64,000 nt of DNA, taken from NCBI GenBank assembly GCA_045803545.1, contig JBJMOW010000002.1, positions 1 through 64,000 on the forward strand, given 5' to 3'. Shown here in pieces: positions 11,001 to 19,675 of the stretch. The notes under the pieces are model-generated. The model was given only the letters and a program-made list of their open reading frames with translations. It was not told the DNA's origin and ran no database searches. The stretch comes from Gemmatimonadaceae bacterium (lineage in GTDB: Bacteria > Gemmatimonadota > Gemmatimonadetes > Gemmatimonadales > Gemmatimonadaceae). How positions within the stretch are numbered: the first letter of the stretch is position 1; every line of letters begins with the position of its first letter. The translations under genes and the position numbers were made by a program.

Positions 11001-11397
11001 AAGCGCAGACGTCGACCAGAATGGCAAGAGCGTCGAAACAGCGAAGCCGATTGGCTACTACTGGAGACGCGGAGCGTCGAACTCGCCGGGCGGCAACGCC
11101 GGTATCGGCGGACTGTACGACGCACTTGGGCCGAGCACGTTCTCGGTGGAAGATGCCAGCTACGTGAAGCTGCGTGAGGCAAGCGTCAACTACCATGTGG
11201 GCCCGGTGGGTGGAGCTGGCGATTGGAAGATTGGTTTCGTCGGCCGCAACCTGCACACGTGGACCAAGTACAGAGGATTCGATCCGGAGTCAGGCAACAC
11301 CACCGGACCGCTGAACTCCTCCGCGCTGACGCCGGTCGCGGGATACCGCTTCCCGAATCTGCGCACGTACACAGTCCAGCTCTCGACATCGTTCTAA
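8032..11397 (+). CDS. SusC/RagA family TonB-dependent outer membrane receptor (module 1)
   Basis: Signal peptide, N-terminal CarboxypepD_reg domain, plug motif INPSDIEDVEVVKGAAAASLYGARAGAGVINITTK, barrel motifs (RRDGSSLFG, EDASYVKLRE), terminal Phe; RBS gaggt before ATG 8032. Confidence 0.95.
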   Translation: MTKLLRSTKFFVGAFCALLFVAPALAQAQSAVITGRVISDQGQPLAGANVLIPELNISVGTNQSGQFTINVPAARVRGQPVVIRARAIGYQPGANPIALNAGSQTLDFNLKKDLTELSAVVVTGVTKATEAVKLPFTVTRVDSSQMPVSGSNPITQLQGKIPGALIVNASGRPGAAPSIVLRGPVSLNATGRTQQPLYLLDGVPLQGALPDINPSDIEDVEVVKGAAAASLYGARAGAGVINITTKSGKNAPQGIRFGVRTEGGTSDIERAFPLATHSALALDPSGQYFCSKDVVGGTPGCGRYITWDQEVQRINNSGEDFSLPPQLFLRDYGIASAPSRDNLVSVFQTTAWPIMRNPVDQVVSPSRYSNTNLDMRGKVNNTGVYASLSNFLQEGAVKYLPGFTRNSARVNVDQRFGDRISANINSYYSSSVDHGSTFDETSGNAGTWFNLTRAPWISDLTATDALGRIVIRANPLSQGAQNFNPLYSTAYNHRTDRGTRFVGGSQIRYTPLDWVNFEGDFGYDRSTGKSLQMRDKGWRTTSSDPTTSSGFIQSGGVDNESFTTSFSGTATKTLFTDMNATFTSRYVYSDQTLRADSASGTNLVVAGLETDDAATANFAIGSGTQAIRDMGFYTGLDFDYKDRYILGGLVRRDGSSLFGAGHRWQTFGRGSAAWIASREPWWPAEDALSLFKLRYSVGTTGQRPRFNAQYETYTIGTGGTLNPAFLGNKELKPEINREQEFGTDLEFFHRVSMNLSWSRATIDGQILPVKAPTATGFQSQWLNAGVIRNKTVEGTLNIPIITRESLNWSTRLIYDRTNSIIQRLDVPEFVGTITPGPTNTFDIFKFRTGEQIGTIYGFDYVRSCSQLPAPFNADCGGPNSSFRPNDQGLIVWVGQGNQLSEGITRNLWSANLPLGTGPWGDRTNWGMPITLRDSTNNIAFVPVGNGLPKYHWGLSQTLDWKRFNVFGLLDSYRGQKLWNIAYHWSLGDLQSADVDQNGKSVETAKPIGYYWRRGASNSPGGNAGIGGLYDALGPSTFSVEDASYVKLREASVNYHVGPVGGAGDWKIGFVGRNLHTWTKYRGFDPESGNTTGPLNSSALTPVAGYRFPNLRTYTVQLSTSF

Positions 11398-11408
11398 CAA
11401 AACAGGCA

Positions 11409-11438
11409 GCGGAGCAGGTCGATCGTGACCTGCTCCGC
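11409..11438 (+). other. Intercistronic stem-loop between susC and susD (module 1)
   Basis: gcggagcaggtc-gatcgt-gacctgctccgc, perfect 12-bp stem without U tract. Confidence 0.6.
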
Positions 11439-11468
11439 ATTCCCTCTCTCAGTTCAGTGAGGTATTGG

Positions 11469-13121
11469 ATGTACTTCAAGACCAGTATGAGATTCATGGC
11501 GGCCGCGTTCATTGGCCTGACCACGATTACGGCGTGCCGGGATTTGTCAGTAGACAACCCGAATCAGCCGAACGTGTCGAAGGTCTTCGGTACGCCGCGA
11601 GATGTTGAGACAATCATCTCGAAGCTTTTCCAGCAGATGTACAACGGCCAGCTTGGCGCGCCGGACGACATCTTCACGCAGACGATCACAATGTCGTTCG
11701 AGAGCTCGTCGCAGCTCGGTAACTTCGGTATGGGCACTCGCGGAGCGATTCCTCGGTCACCGATCGACAACTCGATTGGAAATACGGTGGCGAGCGGCAA
11801 CTTCCGCGACTTCGATTTCCTGAGCCGTAATGCTCGCGGTGCCGCCAATGCGATTGCGGCGCTAGACAAGTTCGCTGCGGCAGGCCAGTCCACCGGCTCA
11901 CCCGCGCGTGACGCGAAGGCAAAATCTTTTGCGTACTTCACGCTCGGATATGCGCTTGGCAACCTTGCTCTTTTCTACGATTCGGCGGCGATCCTGACGG
12001 CAGCGGTTCCGTCGAGCGACATTCCGCCGCTCTCGAGCTCTTCGGATGTGATGGCGGTTGCGCTGCAGAGTCTCGACTCGGCGATCAACATCGCGAGCAG
12101 CGCCGCGGCAACCACGGGAACGAGCGGCTTCCCGATTCCGGTCGAATGGCTGTCGCAGACGACGGCGACGAGTCAGGCTGACTTCATCAAGCTTGTGCGT
12201 TCTTACCGCGCGAAGTTCCGCGCTGGCCTCGGACGTACGCCAACTGACCGTGCAGCGGCTGATTGGGATGCGATCATCGCTGACGCCACGAACGGCATCA
12301 CTGCCGATTTTGTGGTCAATGCGAACGCCGTGACCGGATGGAGTGGTGCGGTGGTCAACCAGCTGGCGGTGTCGACCGGCTGGAGCCAGATGACGCCGTT
12401 CATTCTCGGCATGGCTGACACCACGGGCGCGTACGACGCCTGGCTGCAGCAGCCGGTTCTCTCGCGCACGCCATTTCTGCTTCGCACGCCTGACAAGCGC
12501 TTCCCGTCGGGCGACGATCGGGCGACACAGGTTGCATTAACCGGGAACAGTAGAAACGGTCCGGCCCCGGGCAGCATCCTCTATTTCCGCAATCGTCCAC
12601 CGGGTGAAGACACGCCCGCAGATCCGTGGGGCACCTGGTACTACGACAATTGGCGGAGCTGGGCCATTCGCGCGGCTGGGCAGAACGGCCCCTACGTGAT
12701 GCTCCCGCTTGTCGCGAACGACATGCTGGCCGCCGAAGGCTACATCAGAAAGAACAACTACGCGGCAGCAATTCCACTGATCAACAAGTCGCGTGTGCGC
12801 GCCGGTCTGCCGGCACTGACGGTGATCAACTCGCTCACTGACCAGGTACCGGGCGGCAATGCATGCGTACCGCGTGTTCCGCAGCCGCCGAACTACACGA
12901 CGACCGCGTGCGGGAACATCCTCGAGGCGATGAAGTGGGAGAAGCGCACCGAGACCGACCTGGTTGGTTACGGTGAGTGGTTCATCGATTCTCGCGGCTG
13001 GGGTGATCTGGCGCAGGGTACCGCGCTCGAGTGGCCGGTTCCGTATCAGGAGCTCTTCGCTCGCATCAAGCCGAGTTACACCACTTCTGCGAAGGCAGCA
13101 AAGGGAACCTACGGCTTCTAG
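11469..13121 (+). CDS. SusD/RagB family outer membrane lipoprotein (module 1)
   Basis: Lipobox ITAC-RDLSVDNPN; LAAEGY...INKSRVRAGL; EKRTE; WPVPYQE; follows SusC. Start taken at ATG 11469. Confidence 0.85.
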   Translation: MYFKTSMRFMAAAFIGLTTITACRDLSVDNPNQPNVSKVFGTPRDVETIISKLFQQMYNGQLGAPDDIFTQTITMSFESSSQLGNFGMGTRGAIPRSPIDNSIGNTVASGNFRDFDFLSRNARGAANAIAALDKFAAAGQSTGSPARDAKAKSFAYFTLGYALGNLALFYDSAAILTAAVPSSDIPPLSSSSDVMAVALQSLDSAINIASSAAATTGTSGFPIPVEWLSQTTATSQADFIKLVRSYRAKFRAGLGRTPTDRAAADWDAIIADATNGITADFVVNANAVTGWSGAVVNQLAVSTGWSQMTPFILGMADTTGAYDAWLQQPVLSRTPFLLRTPDKRFPSGDDRATQVALTGNSRNGPAPGSILYFRNRPPGEDTPADPWGTWYYDNWRSWAIRAAGQNGPYVMLPLVANDMLAAEGYIRKNNYAAAIPLINKSRVRAGLPALTVINSLTDQVPGGNACVPRVPQPPNYTTTACGNILEAMKWEKRTETDLVGYGEWFIDSRGWGDLAQGTALEWPVPYQELFARIKPSYTTSAKAAKGTYGF

Positions 13122-13147
13122 TGCCAGGGCTCTCGAAGGAGTTGCAG

Positions 13148-13669
13148 ATGATTTCATCGAATTCTTCCGTCGGTATCGGTCGGGTCGAACAGACCCGGCC
13201 GAACCGCGGTTCGGTTAAGCGGTTCGCAGGCGGATGCCTGATGGCGTTTTTGATGGGTGTCGCGTCCGGCTGCTACACGTACTCGCCAATGCCCGCCGCC
13301 CCGGCGCCGGGAACGGAGGTCGTAGTCGGGTTAAATGATGAAGGTCGCGTGATGCTGGGCCAGAGTGTCGGTCCGGCTGCGCAGCAAATCGAAGGAAAAC
13401 TGCAGGAGCGCAGTGACTCCGCGTACGTAGTCTCGGTCAGCTCGGTGAGCTATTTCAACGGAGGGAGCAACAAGTGGTCAGGCGAGCCATTGACGATCGG
13501 GCGAAGACTGGTGAACGACATTCAGGAGCGCCAATTCTCGCGTAGCAGAACCTTCGTCGTAGCCGCTGCAGCTACAGGTGCGTTGCTCGCGTTCATTTTC
13601 AGCAGAAGCCTGTTTGGTAATTCAACACCGGAGCGGCAGGGGAATCCGGGGCCGCCCAACCAGCAGTAA
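13148..13669 (+). CDS. Small lipoprotein, SusD-associated family X (copy 1)
   Basis: RBS aaggag; lipobox ASGC-YTY; LNDEG, WSGE motifs shared with 21101 and 27100; C-terminal hydrophobic helix. Confidence 0.7.
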   Translation: MISSNSSVGIGRVEQTRPNRGSVKRFAGGCLMAFLMGVASGCYTYSPMPAAPAPGTEVVVGLNDEGRVMLGQSVGPAAQQIEGKLQERSDSAYVVSVSSVSYFNGGSNKWSGEPLTIGRRLVNDIQERQFSRSRTFVVAAAATGALLAFIFSRSLFGNSTPERQGNPGPPNQQ

Positions 13670-13732
13670 TCAGCATCAATGAGCTGCTCTGACGAGCACT
13701 CGATACTTCGACTTTTCTCTGGAGCACTGCTA

Positions 13733-14545
13733 ATGCGTCTTTCTCGTCTCGCTATCGTTGCTGTCGCCGCTGTCGGCATTGCCGGCTGCGGGAAGGACAG
13801 TGTCACGAATCCCTCTACGCCGCCCGTGGCCGGAGTGCGATTCATCAACGGCCTCGCTGATTCGAGCGGGGTGGATGTGAAAATGATCGATCAGGTGAAT
13901 TGGTCCTTCAACGGAGTGCAGAACGTTTTGTTCCGCGCGGGAACCGAGCACCAGCCGATCGAAGCCAAGGCGCGGCAAATTCGCGTCTTCCCGAACAGCA
14001 ACGTTCCCGCGATCACGTCGGCCTACATGGTCGATACCACTATCAGCTTCACGGCTGGTCAGCGCTACACACTGCTGTTAGTGCGTGAAACGCCGACCCA
14101 TGTCCATCTGATAGTGATCGATGACACTCCGCCAACCCCGGCCGCTGGTCAGATTGCGATCCGCACGGTGAACGCCAGCACTGGTGCTATCGATTCGTAC
14201 GTCGTCGATACGACGACGACTGCGATTCCTGCCGGGACGCCGACCGCGGCTAACGTCGCTCCGCTTTCTGCTTCCGCCTACGTCGGACGCGCTGCGGCGA
14301 GAGCGGCGATGAGAGTTACGGCAGCCGGATCCGCGACGGTTACCGCTACCCAGGCCGGCCCGCCGTCCTCGAATACGGCAACGCCGGCGGGTGAGAATCC
14401 GCAGGCAGGCGTGTACTACGCCGGCACCGCGTTCTCGGTCTACTACTTCCCGAGATCAGTGGCTGGAACGTCGGCGCCGCAAACTGCTGCCTTCACAAAT
14501 CCTGGGATCGTCTGGTTCGTCGATCGGAACCCAGCGGACAAGTAA
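13733..14545 (+). CDS. DUF4397-like lipoprotein
   Basis: RBS ggag; lipobox IAGC; repeated VRFIN/IRTVNAS beta-sandwich motifs, GQRYTLL. Confidence 0.7.
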   Translation: MRLSRLAIVAVAAVGIAGCGKDSVTNPSTPPVAGVRFINGLADSSGVDVKMIDQVNWSFNGVQNVLFRAGTEHQPIEAKARQIRVFPNSNVPAITSAYMVDTTISFTAGQRYTLLLVRETPTHVHLIVIDDTPPTPAAGQIAIRTVNASTGAIDSYVVDTTTTAIPAGTPTAANVAPLSASAYVGRAAARAAMRVTAAGSATVTATQAGPPSSNTATPAGENPQAGVYYAGTAFSVYYFPRSVAGTSAPQTAAFTNPGIVWFVDRNPADK

Positions 14546-14564
14546 TTCCAAGTTTACCGTCCTA

Positions 14565-14603
14565 GCGCGCCGCCGAGTGGATCCGGCGGCGCGTTTTTTA
14601 TTT
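14565..14603 (+). terminator. Rho-independent terminator ending module 1
   Basis: gcgcgccgccg-agtggatc-cggcggcgcgt + tttttattt. Confidence 0.85.
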
Positions 14604-14638
14604 GCGGGTATCAGCGTCTCAGCGGATGTTAGTACGCG

Positions 14639-16075
14639 ATGAGTCTCGCACTCTGGCTTTTGGCCGGGCTCTTTCTGGTCGCGATTGTAGTCGCGCTGAT
14701 TATTCGGCAGCGCGGGTCGCGCATGGCGTTGCGGGCCGTGCATCGTTCACGCGCGCGCATCGACCGATTCAAGCTCACCAGAAAGCCTTTCATTAGAGAG
14801 ACCCTGCTCGACGATCCGGCAATTGCGGAGGCAGTGGGTGAGCATGCGCGCGAGCAGGCCGTCAGCGAAGAGCAGGCGTGGCAGCGCGTCGAGACCTACA
14901 TCGACGAGATAGTCCCATTTTTCAACATCCTCACGTATTACAAGTTTGGGCTTGTCGTCAGTCGCGCGCTGTTGAACTTTTTTTATAAGGTTTCTGCGGA
15001 GTATTCGGGCAAAACGGCGCAGCTGCCCAAGGACGCGATCGTGGTTTATCTGATGAACCACCGGTCCAACGCGGACTACGTCCTTGTCGGGTACGTACTC
15101 TCGGGACAAGTCGCGATTTCGTACGCTGTCGGCGAATGGGCGCGCGCGTTTCCGCTCGAATACATCTTCAAATCGTTCGGCGCTTACTTCGTGCGCCGCA
15201 AGTATCGCGAGAAGCTCTATCACACGGTGCTCGAGCGATACGTCCAGTTGATTACGCGTAACGGGGTCACTCAGGGAATCTTCCTTGAAGGCGGCCTCAG
15301 TCGCGACGGCCGACTCGGGAGCGCGAAGATCGGACTGCTCGACTACGTGATCGGCGTCGCGCGCGAGCGGGAGCTCGCTGACAAACTTTATGTCGTCCCG
15401 GTGGCGGTGAACTACGATCGGGTGCTCGAGGACCGTTCGCTGCTGCGAGAGCTGGATACGAGACAGGGTAGAGCACGTCCGTCGCGATTGGTTCAACTCG
15501 GCGAAGTTGCGCGGTACGTGGGCTGGAATCTCGCGCGACTGATCCTGCGCCGATGGAAACGGTATGGGCGTGCGGCGGTTGTCATCGGTGAGCCGATTCC
15601 GCTTGGTCCCTGGTTGCATCAACAGCACCGCGAGACTGGAGATCTTTTCTCGGTGGATCGATCGCAACGGCTTGCGCGCGTTCAGGCCCTCGCAGATTCG
15701 GTGCTGTCGGAAGTTGCGCAGCTGATTCCGGTGACGCCGGTGACACTCGCGTGTGCCGCGATTCAGAGCTTCGATGGCGATTTCATTCCCCACGCGCAGC
15801 TACTCGAGCGAATGCGTGACATGCGAGACGTGCTGCACGAGCTCAACGCGCGCGTCGTGCATCGCGACGGTAACGTCGAGGAGATCTTTGACCGCGCCTG
15901 GCGCATGCTCAACATGCGCCGGATCCTCGTGAGATCAGGGGCCGGCTACTCCGTTCTGCCGGGCAATAGGCCGCTTGTGAGCTACTACGCGAACAGCGTT
16001 AGTCACTTGCTCGGCGCATTCGCAGCAGGAGTGGCTGAGCGCGACCGATTGCCGGCCGTAGTAGGCGGCCTGTAA
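14639..16075 (+). CDS. Glycerolipid acyltransferase (PlsB/PlsC-like)
   Basis: Catalytic NHRSNAD (HxxxxD), GAYFVRR, FLEGGLSRDG, VVPVAVNYD motifs; N-terminal TM. Confidence 0.85.
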   Translation: MSLALWLLAGLFLVAIVVALIIRQRGSRMALRAVHRSRARIDRFKLTRKPFIRETLLDDPAIAEAVGEHAREQAVSEEQAWQRVETYIDEIVPFFNILTYYKFGLVVSRALLNFFYKVSAEYSGKTAQLPKDAIVVYLMNHRSNADYVLVGYVLSGQVAISYAVGEWARAFPLEYIFKSFGAYFVRRKYREKLYHTVLERYVQLITRNGVTQGIFLEGGLSRDGRLGSAKIGLLDYVIGVARERELADKLYVVPVAVNYDRVLEDRSLLRELDTRQGRARPSRLVQLGEVARYVGWNLARLILRRWKRYGRAAVVIGEPIPLGPWLHQQHRETGDLFSVDRSQRLARVQALADSVLSEVAQLIPVTPVTLACAAIQSFDGDFIPHAQLLERMRDMRDVLHELNARVVHRDGNVEEIFDRAWRMLNMRRILVRSGAGYSVLPGNRPLVSYYANSVSHLLGAFAAGVAERDRLPAVVGGL

Positions 16076-16154
16076 GGCTGGGCTAAGGACGGGCCACTCT
16101 GGCTATCACTTGTTTGTTCAAGCTTCTGCGCAGGCCCGGACGAGATCAACCCAT

Positions 16155-16183
16155 TTGACATTGGCGTGTTGGACTCTTATGGT
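16155..16183 (+). promoter_or_regulatory. Sigma70-type promoter for SusC module 2
   Basis: TTGACA-N17-TATGGT about 160 nt upstream of the SusC start. Confidence 0.65.
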
Positions 16184-16342
16184 AGCGTCGTCCGATCCCG
16201 GACAGTAGCGCAGCACCACCCGTCCCGGTTCAAAAAAAACTGAAGCTTTGAAGTAGGCGGCGTTTCCGAGTGCGCGCACCGTCCCGCGACACCTGGAGCG
16301 CCAGACATACACTCGTGTCTGCTGCGACACGGTGGAGGGAGA

Positions 16343-19300
16343 ATGCGATCTCGCAGTTATCTCCTTGCAGCTACGGCATTGTTATTCCTGCCCGCGGCTG
16401 CACTCGCGCAAACAACCATCAGCGGGCGCGTCCAGGGTGACGACCACGCCGCGGTGTCCGACGTTGCGATCACTATTCCGGAACTCGGACTGGGGACCGT
16501 CACGCGCGATGACGGCCGATACACCATCACCGTTCCCGGGGCGCGGGTGCTAGGTCAAACGGTCACCATCGCCGCGCGCCGCATCGGTTATCGCGCCCAA
16601 ACCGTTCGCGTGACACTTACTCCGGGCAACATCGCCGAGGACATAACCCTCGGAGCAAACCCAATGCAGCTGGGCGAGGTTATCGTCACCGGCGCAGGAA
16701 CAACAAGCACCGTCGAGCGGCTTGGCAACGTGCGCAACGTAGTTTCACCCGAGTTGATCAAGAAGGCGAACGAGGCCAACCTCGTTCAGGCGCTGGCGGG
16801 CAAAGCGCCAAATGTCATCGTACAACAGACCGCCGGCGACCCGGGCGCCAACTCGCGCATCCAGATTCGTGGCCTGCGCACCATCAACGGCAATACCGAG
16901 CCGCTGTTCATCATCGACGGCGTACCGGTTTCCAACTACACGTTCTCAACGACCAATTTCAATCCGGTCGACGCAGGCAGCACGAGCGGCGTAGGCGGCC
17001 AGGATAACGGGGGTGAATGGGAAGGCACGTCGGCACCGAATCGTATGATCGACGTCAACACCGACGACATCGAGAACGTCGAGATCCTGAAAGGCGCCGC
17101 GGCGGCGGCCATTTATGGCGCGCGTGCGGCGAACGGCGTCGTTCTCATCACCACGAAACATGGCAACGCCGGTGGCACGAGGTACTCGGCTCGTTCATCG
17201 TACTCGAACGATGAGATCACCCGTCACTACCCACTGCAAACGGCTTGGTCACTCGGCCGCTTCAACGCTTCGGCGTTGCCCTGCGAGGATATTGGCAAGG
17301 GAACGTGCACTCGCAGTTGGGGACCGCAGATCGCCGGCGGCACGCCAGTGTACGATCACGCCTCAGAGGCATTTCGCAACGGGCACATCTCCGACAACGC
17401 CTTGACCGTCTCAGGAGGAAACGAAAGGACCACATTCTTCCTTTCTGGCAGCGGGCTCAAAAACCAGGGCGTATTCGTCGGGCCGAACAACTATTTCGAT
17501 CGCGCTACCGTGAGGCTGAACGCTACGCATCAGCTGGTGGACGCATTGAGCCTCGGCGGCAACTTCTCGTATGCGGACACTCGCGGGCACTTCACTCAGC
17601 GCGGGAACAACGTCAACGGATTGCTCCTCGGCCTCCTACGCACCCCACCCGAGTTCAACAATCTTCCTTATCTCGATCCGACTTCAGGTTTGCACAGGTC
17701 CTATCGGATGGAGAATCCTGACGCGACCACGGCGGGCCAGTCGCGCGGCTTCAACAATCCGTTCTACACTCTGTACCAGGAGCTGAACCAGCAACAGGCG
17801 GCGCGCTCCTTCGGAAACGTCACAGCCGAATATCGCGCGGCGGATTGGCTGAAATTCAACTGGTCGCTTGGCGCGGACTACACCAACGACGAGCGACTCG
17901 AAGGGTGTCCGGCCGAATGCTCCGACGTCGCCGCTGGTGGCAGAATAACTGAAGGCAAGATCATCAACTACCAGATCGATCACAGCCTGACGGGCAACGC
18001 GACGTGGAAGCCGACCGGCGCGATCGGTCTCACGTTTACCGCGGGCCAGAACCTGAACGCACGCAATTACCGCACGTTTTCCGTCGTCGGCCGGACCCTG
18101 ATTGCGCCAACGCCGTTCAGCGTGCTCAACACTCTCACGCGAGATCCGCCGAGCGATTATCAGACGGAAGTGCACAATTCGTCGGGCTTCGGCCAGCTTC
18201 AGCTGGACATCATCCAGCAGTTGTTCCTTACCGGTGCGCTGCGCGATGATTGCTCGACGACCTTCGGCAAAGCGAATCGCTGTGCTGTGTTTCCGAAGGC
18301 GAGCGCTGCCTGGACATTCACCAACGCTTACAAGCCACGCGGACTTTCATTCGGGAAGCTGCGCTTCTCTTATGGTGAAGCTGGCAACGAGCCACAGCCA
18401 TATCTGAGCTCTGTCACCTTTAGCGGCACGAACCTCGTTGGCGGTATCGCGCAAGGAACCGGTTTCACGCCGACACAGAGCGGACGCGGCGGATTGTTCT
18501 TCACCTTCACCAAGCCCGCGACGTCACTGAAGCCCGAGCGGACCAAGGAGGCCGAAGGTGGATTCGATGTCGGTTTCCTCGGCGAGAAAGCGGATCTCAG
18601 CGCGACGTGGTACTTGTCGAAGACGTCAGACGTGATCCTCATCACGCCGATTGCTCCTTCGTCTGGTTACTCGAGCGAGGCCAAGAACGCAGGCAAACTG
18701 CGAAACTCGGGAACGGAGCTGCAGCTGAATCTCCGTCCACTTACGCGTCCGAACTGGTCCTGGGACATTGGCGCGGGGTGGGCCGCAAACAAGTCCAAGG
18801 TCGACACCTTGATTGGCGCGCAGTTCCTGTACGATCCATCCGCGTTCACCGGCAACGTCTTCATGATCGGACAGCCGCTTGGCGTGATTCGCGGCGAAGG
18901 CTGGGTGCGGTGCGGGATCAGTCCCGACGACGCCGTCTCTGGAATCAGTCTCGCGTCCTTCTGCGGCGGCAAGCCAAAGGGGACGCTCTACATAGACGAC
19001 GGCACTCATTGCTACGAGATGGGCATGCCGTGCGAGGACACCCAGTTGCGCATTCTCGCCAACCCGAATCCGAAATGGACAGGTAATTTCCACAGCACTT
19101 TGCGCGTCGGGAAGTTTGCCTTTTCCGGACTGGTCGACATCAAAAAGGGCGGTGCGATGTGGAACGGGACGAAAGGCGCGCTTTGGAGTTACGGAACGCA
19201 TAAAGACACCGAGAATCGCGCTGTGTGCACAGGTCCCCTGAACGCGAATTGCACCGGCAACGTTCACGCATTCGGTGATGCGGATTGGTATCCGGGTTCC

Positions 19301-19660
19301 GTCGTCGGGCCGGGCGCGGGCGCGAAGATTCCCATCGGTGAGAACTGGTATCGCGCCAGCAACCTTTCCGCCTGCCCATTCACGGGTATCGACGAGCCGT
19401 GCATTGAAGACGGCGGCTACGTCAAGCTGCGCGAGCTCTCGGTCGCTTACAGCTTCACCCAGGCATGGGTCAGCCGCTCCCTGGGCATGTCGAGCGTTGA
19501 TTTCCGGCTGTCGGGAAGAAATCTGAAAACCTGGACCAAGTACACGGGACTCGATCCAGAAACCACGACCGGTCAGGCATACGAGCGCGTCGGGGGTGCT
19601 GATTACTTCAACCTGCCGCTTACACGCTCAGTCGTCGTCACGCTCATCCTCAACCGCTAA
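16343..19660 (+). CDS. SusC/RagA family TonB-dependent receptor (module 2)
   Basis: RBS ggaggg; signal peptide ALA-Q; DDIENVEILKGAAAAAIYGARAANGVVLITTK; EDGGYVKLRE; KYTGLDPE. Confidence 0.95.
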   Translation: MRSRSYLLAATALLFLPAAALAQTTISGRVQGDDHAAVSDVAITIPELGLGTVTRDDGRYTITVPGARVLGQTVTIAARRIGYRAQTVRVTLTPGNIAEDITLGANPMQLGEVIVTGAGTTSTVERLGNVRNVVSPELIKKANEANLVQALAGKAPNVIVQQTAGDPGANSRIQIRGLRTINGNTEPLFIIDGVPVSNYTFSTTNFNPVDAGSTSGVGGQDNGGEWEGTSAPNRMIDVNTDDIENVEILKGAAAAAIYGARAANGVVLITTKHGNAGGTRYSARSSYSNDEITRHYPLQTAWSLGRFNASALPCEDIGKGTCTRSWGPQIAGGTPVYDHASEAFRNGHISDNALTVSGGNERTTFFLSGSGLKNQGVFVGPNNYFDRATVRLNATHQLVDALSLGGNFSYADTRGHFTQRGNNVNGLLLGLLRTPPEFNNLPYLDPTSGLHRSYRMENPDATTAGQSRGFNNPFYTLYQELNQQQAARSFGNVTAEYRAADWLKFNWSLGADYTNDERLEGCPAECSDVAAGGRITEGKIINYQIDHSLTGNATWKPTGAIGLTFTAGQNLNARNYRTFSVVGRTLIAPTPFSVLNTLTRDPPSDYQTEVHNSSGFGQLQLDIIQQLFLTGALRDDCSTTFGKANRCAVFPKASAAWTFTNAYKPRGLSFGKLRFSYGEAGNEPQPYLSSVTFSGTNLVGGIAQGTGFTPTQSGRGGLFFTFTKPATSLKPERTKEAEGGFDVGFLGEKADLSATWYLSKTSDVILITPIAPSSGYSSEAKNAGKLRNSGTELQLNLRPLTRPNWSWDIGAGWAANKSKVDTLIGAQFLYDPSAFTGNVFMIGQPLGVIRGEGWVRCGISPDDAVSGISLASFCGGKPKGTLYIDDGTHCYEMGMPCEDTQLRILANPNPKWTGNFHSTLRVGKFAFSGLVDIKKGGAMWNGTKGALWSYGTHKDTENRAVCTGPLNANCTGNVHAFGDADWYPGSVVGPGAGAKIPIGENWYRASNLSACPFTGIDEPCIEDGGYVKLRELSVAYSFTQAWVSRSLGMSSVDFRLSGRNLKTWTKYTGLDPETTTGQAYERVGGADYFNLPLTRSVVVTLILNR

Positions 19661-19675
19661 TCGACGGAGGCTACG

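Noticed and set aside
11223..11468. Extended N-terminus of susD1 given by the ORF track
   Set aside because: Overlaps the susC1 end and an intergenic hairpin; the lipoprotein signal begins at ATG 11469
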